DNA from: Takakia lepidozioides
Lineage: Eukaryota; Plantae; Bryophyta
Direction: 5' to 3'
Length of the DNA stretch: 64,000 nucleotides
Assembly (NCBI GenBank): GCA_030704615.1
Contig: CM060732.1
Location: forward strand, 25,854,001-25,918,000
In this document: positions 25,800 to 44,724 of the stretch, piece by piece
How the letters are laid out: every line of letters starts with the position of its first letter
Numbering within the stretch: the stretch's first letter is position 1
Notes under the pieces: generated by a model
The model's database searches: none
Told to the model about the DNA's origin: nothing
The model's input: only the letters and a program-made list of their open reading frames with translations
Made by a program: the position numbers and the translations under genes

Positions 25800-25987
25800 C
25801 AGTACCAATTCATTAATTTACTGTATCAAGTAAATTAAGTAGCAGGTTTTTAGAGAGATGACAGATACATTACCTTTCTTAGAGAGAAGAAAGGTAGTTA
25901 TAACATGTATTGTCAAGAATGAACAACGGAAATATCATTTTTCCTGGAAAAAAAGAAAATGATGACAAACTGCAGCAACAGGATTAA

Positions 25988-26007
25988 AGAGAGAGAGAGA
26001 GAGAGAG
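25988..26007. repeat. (AG)10 microsatellite in CFAP298 intron 2
   Basis: Read directly. Confidence 0.9.
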
Positions 26008-28065
26008 CAAAGGAAAAAAGGTTTGGCTGTAAACCTTGGAAGCACAGGTGTCAGCTTCAGCCACGGCTTTAGTGAGAAGCTTGGCAACTTCGGGATCACA
26101 AGCTGTAGCAACCCCACCAAAGAAGATGTTCAGCTAAGAACTATATTACACTATTATCATCTCAGGGGCACATCCCCTCCCCAAAAACAATGAACTCAGC
26201 CGTTCACAAACTCAGAACCAGAAGTTGGAGAACAAATCTAATCTGTAGGTGATAAACAATCTGTCTAGGAACTCGCATATACAAGGAGCTCCCGAGCTTG
26301 CTTCCAATACAAATACAGAGTCACGGTGACTAAATCAGCCACAGAAGAAAATAATTGCAATTAACACGATTGCCAGACCTTCACCACTGCGACGGTGTGT
26401 AGGATCCCGATTGTAGAAAGGGCCCCTCAGCTCTTTATTCTCCTCATCATCGTCAGTGTCAGGACTATCATCCGTGCGGGGGGGTTCGGAAGGTCCGTAG
26501 AGAGCCAGTTGCTGCGCTTCCTCCTTGAGATGTACAATTTGCAGCTGCAAGTTGTGCACTACCACCAATTCTGTGGTCACAGCATCCACAGAGTCCGTGC
26601 TTGCGGCTTCATACAGAAACTGCCGCTCTTCGGTCTGCCTCACATGCACAATAACCATCTTAATTCACCCTACTCGTCTTTCAAACAGAATCGGAGTCTG
26701 ATGTGAGACCCTACGAATTCGGCAACCGGGAAGATGGCAAGATTGCTCATCGGAGAGGAGGAGGGTTTGTAGATAGGTTTAGGGTTTTAGTGTTTGCAAT
26801 TCCCCATTTCATACTTGATTTTCCAATCTCTCACTATCATGAGCTCATTTCCAGACCTTCAGCTGTCCAAGCCCTCTGTTATCGAGTTTCCTGCAAGCCA
26901 TTTGTGTGGTAAGTTTGAAATGTATTTGTTTGAAGCAAAAACGTAGCAGCAATCTGCTCTACACAGTTATATCCAACTCTCTATCATGGTGCGGTTCAGC
27001 AATTCATGAAAAACCATGAAGCATGCTGCCTACCTCTTTGGCAAGTCTAAGATGGAAGGGAACTTGTATTTGATCATATACAGGTACACCATCACCCACC
27101 CCGACCAACTCTATGGATATGGAGTCAATGCTGGATCTGGATCAATAGGAAATGTGACGGCGCCTTCCTTGAAGGCTGTTGTTGTCTAGAAAATTTTGAT
27201 CTAGTCTGGAATAGGCAGATCCTTTCTTGTCAAGACAAAACAAGGTCTCTCTAATGCCAAAAGAAAGTCAACTTGCTGCAACGCCAGACTTAATGGCCCC
27301 ATTATGTTGCCTACCTGTCCTCATCTTCCTTCTTTGCAAATTCTAACAGTCTCTGATGTTTCTTGATCTCCAATTCAAACCTTTCTTGTGCTCCCTTTGA
27401 GCACATTGAAACCTTAGCTAAATAACCCCAAGGTCAGAGTGTTGCTACTCAGCCATAATGTGAGCTTGAGCACACCCATTGGCAGGGTATGGCCCAGAAA
27501 GCATTGCGGATAAATTCATCTGAAGAAACCACAGACCTGCCTCCTGCTATTTGTAGTATGATTACTGTACTACTGGCTTCTCCCAATTCGCAGGTTGAGA
27601 AGAGTGGTGGGCATGAATTTGTGAGGTAGTTGCATGCAGCGAGGCACTGGCAGAGTGTCTTCCTCTGGTCAATAGTAATCGCGCAGAGCCCTGGCTAAAT
27701 CATCTTCAGTTGTTTTCACAAACTGGCTTAAATCCTTGTGCCCTTCTATATTCATCTCGACAAGCTCCAGATATGGGTTGCACCTCCACACTTGGGACCC
27801 CTTCAAACTCTAGTGGACGAACACTAATGTAACAAATGTGAGGATTCTCCAGCTCATGGTAAGTGGACGGAATAATTGTCAATGTATATCAAGGAATCTG
27901 CTCATTGAACGTGTTCTGGTGTGCACTTTCCAATCCCCCCAGTAACTCCGTACTTTTCTTCATGCCCACTGTTCATTGCAGTCTGGAAGGAACTCCTTCG
28001 CAAGAAAAGGTTCTGAATTACTTCCATGGTGCTGATTGTCATCATACGGATCTCATTCTGAAACT

Positions 28066-30921
28066 TCACCAGTAATCCCCACAAGAACAAACCCCCTCTT
28101 GGAAGTGGTGAAAGCGGTTGGCGTCTCGTACAACAACCGCTCGACCAACAATCTTTGAGATAATCTTGGTGGCAGTGTGGCAGTCACCACACACGCGAAG
28201 GTTCTTGATGACTCGGATAGGTGTCCCAGGACACGTGCTGAGCAGCCCAAAAGCAATGGCCAGTTTCTCACTATGGTAGCAAAGAGAAACCTCCTTTTGC
28301 ACCTCCTCCACATCATGCAATACAAAGCGTGTATCGGGTACATACCCAGCCTCCTTCATTTGGCTAGACAACCTCCTCAGCTCAGCATGGATGTCCTCAA
28401 TTTGAGGATGCAACTTGTCATCTACAGCAAATGTATGCACCTGGTTGTCCACCTCAATACAGCTGAGCCCTGGCTCCTTTCTGACATGTCTGTCCTGCAT
28501 CATTTTTCGTACTTTTGCTGTATCGCTCCACCTGCCAGCAGCAGCATAGACATTTGATAGCAGTACATAGGCCGCGGTGTCTGATGGACTTTGCATTAGA
28601 AGGCATTTTGCTGCATGTTCAGCTAGCTCCACGTCGCCATGAATCCGACAAGCACCAAGGAAGGTCTTCCACACCGAAGCATCTGGTTCAATTGGCATTT
28701 TGTGGATGAAGTTGTAAGCCTCATACAAACGCCCTGCACGGCCCAGAAGGTCCACCATGCAGCTGAAGTGCTCCATCGTGGGTGCAAGGCCATGATCTCG
28801 CCTCATGGAATCAAAGTAGTGACAACCCTCATCCACTAGGCCCACACGACTACATGAAGAAAGAACACAAACAAAGGTGACACCAGTTGGCTTGAAGCCT
28901 TCCTCTTGCATTTGCTCAAATAGTTGGAGGGCATCTGCACCACACCCATGCTGACCATATCCTGCGATCATTGTGCTCCATGAGACTACATTTCGTTGAG
29001 CCATTTTGTTGAACACTTGGCGTGCATCCATAACACTTCCACATTTGGCATACATGTTGACAAGGGTATTCTCCAGATTTACATATGCTGCAAGTCCAGC
29101 TCGGATGATATCAGCATGGACCTCTTTGCCCTTTTCCAGGGCTGCCAGACTGGCACAAGCATTGAGCACGCAAATGAAAGTGACGTTATCAGGCCTCACC
29201 CCTTCCCATATCATTTGCTGATAAATTTCCAAAGCCTCCCTACTGTGGCCGTTCTGATCATAACCTGTGATCATTGCATTCCAAGAGATAACATTTTTTT
29301 CGGCCATATTATCGAACACTTGACGTGCATCGTTTACACGCCCAAATTTTGCATACATGTTAACAAGGGTATTCCATGAGACAACATTTCTCTGAGCCAT
29401 ACCATAAAACACTTGAAGTGCATCCTTAATGCTGCCACATTTTGCATACATGTCGACAAGGGCATTCTGCAGAATGATATCAGACATAATTCCGGCCTTA
29501 ATGATCTCAGTATGCACCTCTATGCCCTTCTCCAAGTCCGCCAGGCTGGCGCAGGCATTGACAATGGAAAGGAATGTGACATTGTTGGGCACCACCCCTT
29601 TGCATTGCATTTGCTCATAGATTTCGAATGCCTCCAAACCACACCCATACTGAGCGTATCCTGCTATCATAGCAGTCCATGAGACCACATCTCGTCGTCC
29701 CATATTGTTGAAAACTTGATGTGCATCCTTCATGCTCCCACACTTAGCATACATATTGACAAGGGTATTCTCCAAAATCATATCTGGTTTAATCCCAGCT
29801 TTGATGATGTCAGCATGGACCTCTCTGCCCTTGTCCAGAGATCCTTCATTGGCACATGCATTGACAATGCAAATAAATGTGACCCGGTTGGGCATTGCCC
29901 CTTCCTGTATCATTTGCTCATATATCTTGAAAGCCTCTTTACCACACCCATTCTGAGCATATCCTGCAATCATTGCACTCCATGAAACAACATTGCGTTC
30001 AGCCATGTTGTCAAACACTTGACGTGCAGCCTTTATGCTCCCACATTTAGCATACATATCAACAAGGGCTGTCTCAAGAATGATATCTGGTCCAATTCTG
30101 GCTTGCCTGATCTCAGCATGAATCTCAATGCACTTTTCCAGGGCTGCCAGGCTGGCACACGCAGTGACAACACAAATGAACGTGACCTTGTCAGGCTTTA
30201 TCCCTTTCTGTTGCATCAGCTCATAGAGCTCCAACGCCTCCCTACCACACCCATGCTGAGCATACCCTGCAATCATGGCACTCAATGAGACCACATTTTG
30301 TTGAGCCATATTGTTGAGGACATGGCGTGCATCCTTCACGCTCCCGCATTTGGCATACATACTGACAAGGGCAGTCTCCACAATGATATCTGGTGCATTT
30401 CCAGCTCTGATTATGTCAGCATGGACCTTTTCACCAATGTCCAGGGCTCCTAGGTTGGCACATGCCTTCAGAACACTAGTGAATGTGATCTCGTTGGGTG
30501 TAACCCCTCCCTGTACCATTTGCTCATAGATCACCAACGCCTCCCTTCCACACCCATGCTGTGCATATCCTGCTATCATTATGTTCCATGTAAACAAATC
30601 TCGTTCAGGCATTTTGTCAAATACTTGCCGTGCATCTACCACGCTCCCACACTTGGCATACATTTTGATAAGTGTGTTGAGGAGAAAGATTGTTGGCTTG
30701 ACTCCACTTTGGATAATGTGGGTATGCACCTGCTTTCCCTCTGATAACCCTTTCACATTGATGCACTCCTGCAAGAGAGAGACATAAGCATCGGAATCTG
30801 CCAAAATCTGTTGTTGGTCCAAAATGTGCAGCGCCTCTTGCAGTCGACCTTCCAGACATAGTGCTCTTACATCAACACATTCTACTTGACATTGTATCAT
30901 GGCAGCTAGTTCTGCTTTCAC
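28066..30921 (-). CDS. PLS-class pentatricopeptide repeat protein with E1/E2/DYW deaminase (organellar C-to-U editing factor); true start probably upstream
   Basis: 21 P/L/S motifs with about 303-bp periodicity, PG box [19 protein letters not shown] (HxE), CGDC and terminal CSCGDYW. The frame stays open to about 31040 without an ATG. Confidence 0.96.
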   Translation of the reverse strand: MKAELAAMIQCQVECVDVRALCLEGRLQEALHILDQQQILADSDAYVSLLQECINVKGLSEGKQVHTHIIQSGVKPTIFLLNTLIKMYAKCGSVVDARQVFDKMPERDLFTWNIMIAGYAQHGCGREALVIYEQMVQGGVTPNEITFTSVLKACANLGALDIGEKVHADIIRAGNAPDIIVETALVSMYAKCGSVKDARHVLNNMAQQNVVSLSAMIAGYAQHGCGREALELYELMQQKGIKPDKVTFICVVTACASLAALEKCIEIHAEIRQARIGPDIILETALVDMYAKCGSIKAARQVFDNMAERNVVSWSAMIAGYAQNGCGKEAFKIYEQMIQEGAMPNRVTFICIVNACANEGSLDKGREVHADIIKAGIKPDMILENTLVNMYAKCGSMKDAHQVFNNMGRRDVVSWTAMIAGYAQYGCGLEAFEIYEQMQCKGVVPNNVTFLSIVNACASLADLEKGIEVHTEIIKAGIMSDIILQNALVDMYAKCGSIKDALQVFYGMAQRNVVSWNTLVNMYAKFGRVNDARQVFDNMAEKNVISWNAMITGYDQNGHSREALEIYQQMIWEGVRPDNVTFICVLNACASLAALEKGKEVHADIIRAGLAAYVNLENTLVNMYAKCGSVMDARQVFNKMAQRNVVSWSTMIAGYGQHGCGADALQLFEQMQEEGFKPTGVTFVCVLSSCSRVGLVDEGCHYFDSMRRDHGLAPTMEHFSCMVDLLGRAGRLYEAYNFIHKMPIEPDASVWKTFLGACRIHGDVELAEHAAKCLLMQSPSDTAAYVLLSNVYAAAGRWSDTAKVRKMMQDRHVRKEPGLSCIEVDNQVHTFAVDDKLHPQIEDIHAELRRLSSQMKEAGYVPDTRFVLHDVEEVQKEVSLCYHSEKLAIAFGLLSTCPGTPIRVIKNLRVCGDCHTATKIISKIVGRAVVVRDANRFHHFQEGVCSCGDYW

Positions 30922-32193
30922 CCAAGAAGGGTTTGACCAACACTCAGTCCAGAGAGCCTCCTTTGTGCGTTTATGTCTGAAATCGGGTGATCTTGGACTT
31001 TTCTGTGAAACCCACCAGTGGGCAGCTGAGCAGGCATAGCTTCAGCCTTCAACCACAGTCTTGAGTAGACCAGGCTCCAACCACCAAAGCTCCAAGCATC
31101 TTCCAAATAACATGTAACAACCATACTTTTTCATGCCCTGCTAACAAGGACAAAAACCTATTGAGAGGGAAAGTAAGAACCGCCGTACATAAAGCGCAAG
31201 TTGCCATCAACCTAACCAATGGAGATACAATCCAGTCCAAAAAACATCATAATGCCAGCTTCAGTTGCTAAGCCCCCTTGATAAAGCTCTTTCACATCAT
31301 ACAATGACAGAGAGTCACCTTATGAATCCTGTTGTCCCACCACTGTGAAGGATCTGAGAAGAAATCCTGCCAGAGCTGATCTCTGTTCGTTGTCTGCCCT
31401 GCATGCAAACACCAGTTACATTGTATCTTTAGCAGTTCCTAATCAACCGAGTCTGGTGAGTAATGCTACCATAGGCTTTCCATAAAACTAACCTCTCTCT
31501 CCCTCCCTCTCTCTGACCCTACCTTTCACAGGTATGGTGGGACTGACTGCAATCACAATCCCATGTGTTGCCCTTGGGGGACAGACTAGAAGTGCTGGAA
31601 TTAGCATGTCTTGATCTTCATATCGTCAGTAATTTAATACCCTGGAACCGGGTTGCAGAATACTGTGGCCGAGCAGGGTTCGTTACAGCTGCTGCTGGCG
31701 GAACGGTCAACGGGTACGTCTCTCTCTGCCTGACCTATCCCCAAGAGCGATTGCCAAATGTCCTCTCTACTATTCCAATGGGACCATAACAATTGTGTCA
31801 AGTCTGCCCCGAGCAGACCTCCACATTACGGATTGAACTCAAAAAACATGCTTGCACCTCTTGTAACTCGCAGCGGAATGCCCGTGGGCTATGTGCGAGC
31901 CATATCTCTTTTACCCTAACGAACAACATGACGCCAATTTGGCGAAAACAGGTTACCAGGGGGCTATGGCCTCAGACAATTCAGTATATCCATCTTTCCA
32001 GGAATGCAAAGAAGATACATCGGACATTTCAGATATTTTTAAGCAGCTCATAAGGAAATGGATGCCATTACACTCCTGATCGACCATATAGTGTGCTTCG
32101 ACCAAGACGAGTGCAGTTATAGGCCAACGACAGAGTCGGCATCGGCCCGACACACACAGTTTAAAGAACCCCAAATCAACCCAATCCTCGTAC

Positions 32194-32802
32194 CTTTCCT
32201 CGGAATCCATAGAGGCTGGGGAGGTATCACAGCTATCGCCCGCAATGGGATCGGGTCCGGTATCGCTAAACTGGAGATCCATTTCAGCTCCGCAGCCTGG
32301 AGAATTAATCTGTTGCATGGCGTGTTGCTCCACTCCACTTCCCCGCAGGAATACTCCGATAGCTTGAGTGCTGCCTCTGCGAGCGTGCTCTCTAGGGCTG
32401 CAGCGACAGACGCTGCCATTCCTGCAATTGAAGAGGGCAGGGAAGGGCAGCAAGGAGTGTGCAGGCCGGCTGATGGACGAACTCCAACGAACGATTGATG
32501 TCCTATTCGTCATTCAGGGGAACGATTAGTCCAGATACAACGAAGGAAACATGTAGTATTCGTTCTGACGGCAACGATCGGTCGTCCAACTGTAAACCTA
32601 GGTATATCTGCCTCCTCTTCCTTGGACGCCCTGCAGAACTCTGGCTATGGTGGAACTCTAGAGAAGGGAGAGAGAGGGGAGAGCCCTGGCAAGGGATAAA
32701 TGCAGGCGCGGACGGACGGAGGGAGGTATCCAGTGAAGGTGATCGTGTAGGGAATGAACCCAAGTTTTTGATTGTACTGGAAACTGAGGGCATTGGCGCC
32801 AT
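32194..32802 (-). CDS. Putative 5' exons (32802-32598, 32421-32194) encoding a Ser/Pro-rich transit-peptide-like N-terminus; either the PPR gene's first exons or a separate small gene
   Basis: MAPMPSVSSTIKNLGSFPTRSPSLDTSLRPSAPAF.. joins in frame through a GT-AG intron to GMAASVAAALESTLAEAALK. The phase-1 donor at 32194 is frame-compatible with an AG at 31026 that opens the PPR frame. Confidence 0.4.
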
Positions 32803-33178
32803 ACCTTATGTGAATCGCAGGCAGGGGCGGGTGTGAAGGGTGCGATTCGAGGACGTTGGTTCAAATCTGAATGACATCAGAGTGAAGATCTCAAGGGAAA
32901 TCTGAAAATCACAACAGCACTTTACATTATCCCGAAACAAAGCAGGGAGAAGAGGGAGGCGCTCGCGGGGTTGCGACTGTAGAAAGTGGAGGACGGATTT
33001 TTGGAGTAGTTAAGTTGGCCGATCGTCAGGGAGGAGGGGTGCTGGGGCGGAGGACAGCAGAGACTGGCTGCCAGAGGAAAAAACATCGGATTTCCTGGCT
33101 GCAGAACTGCTAACAGATCTCGATATCTGCTGGAAGACGCAAAGCTTTGGATACAGATATTGAGAAGGGAAAGCCGCG

Positions 33179-36242
<3,064 letters not shown>

Positions 36243-37514
36243 ACACTGTTCCCTCCTTTCCGAGGCTGGCTCGCTTGATTATTGATTTGTGCTGTATAAT
36301 CTCTTTTAGAAAGCATTCTCCTCATGAAAGAGGACACTCTTCACCCTTTGTCGTCATGTATGTTGAGTTAATGTACATGAAAAGCTTCCGTCTTGCCCAC
36401 TTGGAGATGGTTAGGTTCCATGCCTTTGTTGCGTGCTTGCAGCCTTGTAATATCCAAACTAGCAATTTGGCCTCAATTTTCTTTGATATATTACATAGAG
36501 GCAACAGGCATATTTGTACAACAAGGTTATATTGCGATTGAAATGTAGTTACTATGGAAATTTTAGTCAGAGAATCGCACTTTGGTTCTGCAACCCACTT
36601 GTTTTGCTTCCCCCCACCCTCTGCTCTTTTTTCTTGCAGTGCAGAAGTGAAATCATGTCATGGTCATAGTCATGGATGATCTATGGGTGAGGGGAAACCC
36701 TAAAATTGCATTTAATAGAGGTGCACTGTTGCCAAGAGCACGAGATATTCCATGTTACATTGGAAATCTTGCCTTCACAAGCAGTTTTAATTAGTTTGTA
36801 TGCATCACTGGATTGATGTTACTTCTATTTGCAATGCATGGCACATTTTTCCACTCTAGTTGGCATGCACCAGCTGACTCCTATAAGTTGTCTACACACT
36901 TGAGAAGGATTTGCTAAGGGATTTGCCTCTTGAGATGGACACTCCCTGAGATTGAATGGACATGGGTGGCAAGGAGTAAAATATTTCTTGGAAACCTGCT
37001 GTTTCTTTTCTGGACAAGATAAAGATTGTAAAAAACTGTGCCAAATTGCAGAGCCTGAGGTGGAGTGTATGAACTGAAAACAGCCTTAACAATTAAATGT
37101 CTACACTGGAACTAAAATGGGCTTCAAGCTACCAAATGATTCTCTGTTTTTCCACAAATGATTTCATGAAACAGTGATCAGTGGCGGTGGATTCATTCCA
37201 TCTCTTGCTAAGGCAAGCCCCTTTGCAATGAAGGGCCCATGTCAAACAGTACACCAACTTAATGGGTCGAATGAATTCTAAAATATGTTCCTGGGCCACT
37301 GCAGTTACATTCCAACAAACTCCAAACAGAAGGGGTCTTTCCTCCTGGCTCTAACCCATAGTACTGCCGGTTTGGAATCAGGGAGCACTCTTAACTGCTC
37401 AGCTGGGACAGCAGCTGCACTACAGCTTGGTTATTTCCATGTGGTGCCACCAATGTTGCCCCATCATGAATGAGAGAGAAGGAAGTTGAGCTTCATTCTA
37501 CTAATGGGACATGC

Positions 37515-39084
37515 TTAAGCAGAAAGCCTTTTGCGACCCTTGGCAAGCCTGCGGGCAAGCACCTTCCGACCTCCAACTGTCTCCTTCCTGTCAGCAGAAA
37601 GGTTGATTAGGCACTCTTTGACAATCACCAGTGTACCACTCCCTACCAGCTGTTCGCATGAGATCTGAGTAAAGCATACTCAGGACAACGCTGTCCCTGC
37701 AGCTTACTGTAACAGAAATTAATGCAGCTTCACAACAGAGAGAAAACCTCAGATTAGGGGAATGGGCGTACCTTGCAAAGAAGCCATGTTTGCGCTTGCG
37801 CTTGAGTGTGCTTGGCTGGTATGTGCGCTTTGTTGCCATCATAATTGGGCTGCTCCATCGGCACAAACCCACCAACCACTCAGTCTGCTGCACATTTATA
37901 ATGCAATACTAGTCCTCTGTATTTGTGCCCATGCTTCATGCATGCCACTGCAGGCTGCCGTGGTGCCAGTAGCTACACAAACTCTACCATACCAGTCATT
38001 CTTAAAGTATTGTGGTCATCTTTGACAGAAGGGCAAGTACCAAGCTGTAAAGGATTCCTTCAAAAGGTAATCGCGTGGTACCTGGTTGCTTCATCAAGGC
38101 CTGGACAGAGGGCTGCATGTGCAACAGCGCTCACAGTCAGTGTCCACAACCTACTTTGCCAACCCTGCAGTTCCTGTAATACAGTATACTGACCAACTTC
38201 CATGTGTCAAGGCCAAATTTCACTAACTGCGTCTGGACTTGAAACCTCAAGGTTGATAAGACCTTTGGATTAGACGTGAGAAAGAAACACTCCAGGGTTT
38301 CGGCATCAAATTTGACCACAATGCCACCTTTCCCCCATTCCTCCTTCGGATGCACAGTATTATGGGCGAGGAAACCAGGGCCCATTCCTGGCTGATCCAC
38401 TCCGCTGGGTCAGTGTGAGCTTCTAGCTGTGACCTAAGGGTTGGCGAAGAGTGTGCTGCGAACCTCATTTGGCAGTTGCCTGTGTATACATACCTATAAA
38501 CTGTGGGTAGGGTTGCCCCGATGTTGAGCCGTCACATGATGACGATCTGAGATCATAAGGACAGTTACAGACATGGTTTCTTTGCCCACCAACTGGCTTC
38601 ACCATTTGGAAACTCGAATCTAAGTGATTCATGAGTAGGCTCTTGGAAAACGGTACTCCAAACCTACTTGAAATGCATGGACTCGGTCAACAAAGTAGCA
38701 CGAAAATTGAAGAGAGATCCTACCATCTTGTACGATAGAGATCGAGGGCCACCCAGTAGGATTTAACAGAACCATCGCCTTCTCTTCAATCACAAGATCG
38801 GCAGGAACCCGTACTATTTCTCCGTCTCCTTCTCTCTCACCGTGCATTGACACCTGATACGAAGCACCTGTATGAGACAACAGCCGCTGGGATGAAAATT
38901 CGGAGAGTCTGAATTCTGAAAGAGCTTGCTCTATCGTCTTCGAAACAGCTGGGCTAGTCTCCTGGAAACATGGCGTAATGCAATGGGACGAGATAATCTC
39001 CGCAGGACCCAGTAGACATGATGAGCGCACAGCCAGCACTGGGGCAATGGCACGCCCTGCTCTTGTCAGGGCTGCCCCCGCCAT
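37515..39084 (-). CDS. MRPL34: Mitochondrial ribosomal protein bL34m with a long presequence
   Basis: ATKRTYQPSTLKRKRKHGFFAR (exon ending 37772) plus KETVGGRKVLARRLAKGRKRLSA* (37587-37515) give the L34 signature. Exon 1 is 39084-38724 (MAGAALTRAGRAIAP..). Middle exon(s) are uncertain. Confidence 0.88.
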
Positions 39085-39661
39085 CTCTTACTCTCGCTCT
39101 CTCTCCACACAACCCAACAGTGTGCCCTCCCCTGCACTTCCGCTTTAACAAGACCAGCTTTGTTAGCCAGGGTTTTAGCAACTGTTGAGATTTAGGGATC
39201 GCCCCCCCTCCTTCGTAAAATCTGAAGCTCAATCCACTCATGTACCTATGTGGGTTTGAACCCAGCACTAGGTTCAAACCCGGGAGTATCTGTGAGGCAA
39301 ACACTGCCACATTCCTCGTCCTCTCTTGTGGGTCATCAGATTGATATCTGGAGCTCCCCACAGGACGAAGATTTAAAGCAAAGAATTGAATTTGGAACCT
39401 GGGTTTTTGCGATTCAGATTAGCACCCATCGTTGTGCTTTTGGGATTGATGGAATCATCATTCCACTTCTCCTGCCATCTTGAGGCAAACTGAGGATTCT
39501 GTAGTGCTCTTTCTTCTCCTGAATTTCGTCTGATACCAGTTGGTTTTCCAACTTCGTGCAATTATAGTTGTACTTCCTCGTACATTCTGGTTTTGGGTTG
39601 TATGGAATTGTAGTTAGACATCTTGTTCGTCTCTCTAGAGGCTGGACGGGAGGGACGGGTA
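39085..39661. promoter_or_regulatory. Bidirectional promoter/5' UTR region between MRPL34 and organellar SerRS, with an 11-bp inverted repeat at 39252-39281
   Basis: Divergent ATGs 577 bp apart; gggtttgaacc-cagcacta-ggttcaaaccc. Confidence 0.6.
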
Positions 39662-43647
<3,986 letters not shown>

Positions 43648-44692
43648 CCCACATGTCGGGGTGGAGTGCTAGTTTGATCCTTACAATTGAGTACTGGTAC
43701 TGTCATAGCATGTGGAAAATGATGCGGTGGAATACCATTGAATCGAAAATGGAGATTTACTCAAGACTGGCAATCTTTTGTCAGGTCAAGGCACTCGTGC
43801 TTGTGGCAATGTGTCGACCACTTCATTTCAGTTCTTGCTTTTTCAGCTCCCCAACTGGTTATCCTGTGCCTCTTCATGCAGAAAGTTGTTGAATGCTGTC
43901 GTTTGTTGCTCCTAGCTGTCATCTTTTCTGTAGAGGGCAATCCTACCCACTGGCACAGCTATCGCATTTTGGCTAGTTACCACAATCCAAACTGAATACT
44001 AGAGTCCACCTTGTACAAATTGAATTCAAGAATGTTGAGGAGCTGTGAAAGCTTGTAGCATCTCAAATGACTTCTGTAGTCAGCTTAATTGGGCCCTCAG
44101 CAAGGGGCAGGGTCCTGTGCAATTTATTTCTTCATCAGCTCTAAGATGAAGGGAAAACCAGCTCCTACGGCCTTACAACTCAGACCAGAGAGGGGATTAA
44201 CCTCCTGGCTCAAGTTTTCATGATGTTTTCCCACCCATCCATTCCTGCATTTTCTCCTATTGAGATTTGGCGATGCCCAGGATGTCCAAATACTTATCAC
44301 ATGCAGTTGTGACTACACAAATAGTCTTGGTGTGCTGACTTCATATGTTCTTCTAACTAGGCCTTCTTTCGTACATAACCTGCAGATGTAGTCAAGATCT
44401 GCCAACAGTGCTGGCACTGTCCATTGTCAGGCTGATGCCCTCTCCTCAGCTGTGCAACCTATCTTGCATTTGATCATAACATTACTTCACAAACATCCCC
44501 CCTCGAATTTGAAGCCCTAGTACTGTAACAAGGCTACTAGCACACAATGTCAGCTCTCAGACCTTATGCTCACTGCCCACATTATATTTACTCTCTTTGC
44601 AATTTCAGGTTGCAGGCACTCAACATACATCTGCCCTTACAGATTCAAGATTTTCCTTGTACTCTCGTGGGTCTGATGATCATGGGACGGGA

Positions 44693-44724
44693 GGCCGTCA
44701 TCAGCAAGGCCGTCATCAGCAAGG
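44693..44724 (+). repeat. Perfect 15-bp tandem duplication (ggccgtcatcagcaa x2)
   Basis: ggccgtcatcagcaaggccgtcatcagcaagg. Confidence 0.85.

Larger units (their letters stand above)
20976..26658 (-). pseudogene. CFAP298: Cilia- and flagella-associated protein 298 (C21orf59/kurly, dynein-arm assembly); exons 1-4 intact, exons 5-6 disrupted
   Basis: Exons: 26658-26379 (MVIVHVRQTEERQFLY..DPTHRRSGE), 26102-26035 (ACDPEVAKLLTKAVAEA), 21833-21689 (ALQTISEAVRACYPMGLPLYD), 21532-21426 (MWWAGKQLMRENSLHDYIGKNEKTK), 21271-21223 (VIVKLQ*EG*G, 49 nt) and 21041-20976. These match the CFAP298 hallmarks YPMGLPxYD and LWWAxKxL..DYVGKNEKTK. It could also be a C-terminally truncated but expressed gene. Confidence 0.85.

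Noticed and set aside
25756-25813. MNWYWFSLSLSLSL.. N-terminus of the 1088-aa ORF as a signal peptide
   Set aside because: It is translation of host intron plus the (TC)21 tract; the element starts at about 25755.
21268-27415. Shared tacctgtcctcatc at about 21269 and 27312 suggesting duplicated DEDR exons
   Set aside because: Only 14 bp. At 21272 it is better explained as the acceptor of CFAP298 exon 5.
28066-28480. U-to-C (DYW:KP, GRP/DRH-ending) editing domain
   Set aside because: It has a PG box, HSEKLA and terminal DYW, so it is the canonical C-to-U type.
28177-30787. Series of repeated plus-strand ORFs (60-127 aa)
   Set aside because: Antisense shadows of the 303-bp PPR repeats.
39252-39281. 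tRNA gene or tRNA-derived SINE
   Set aside because: B-box-like motif only; no A-box or cloverleaf context found.
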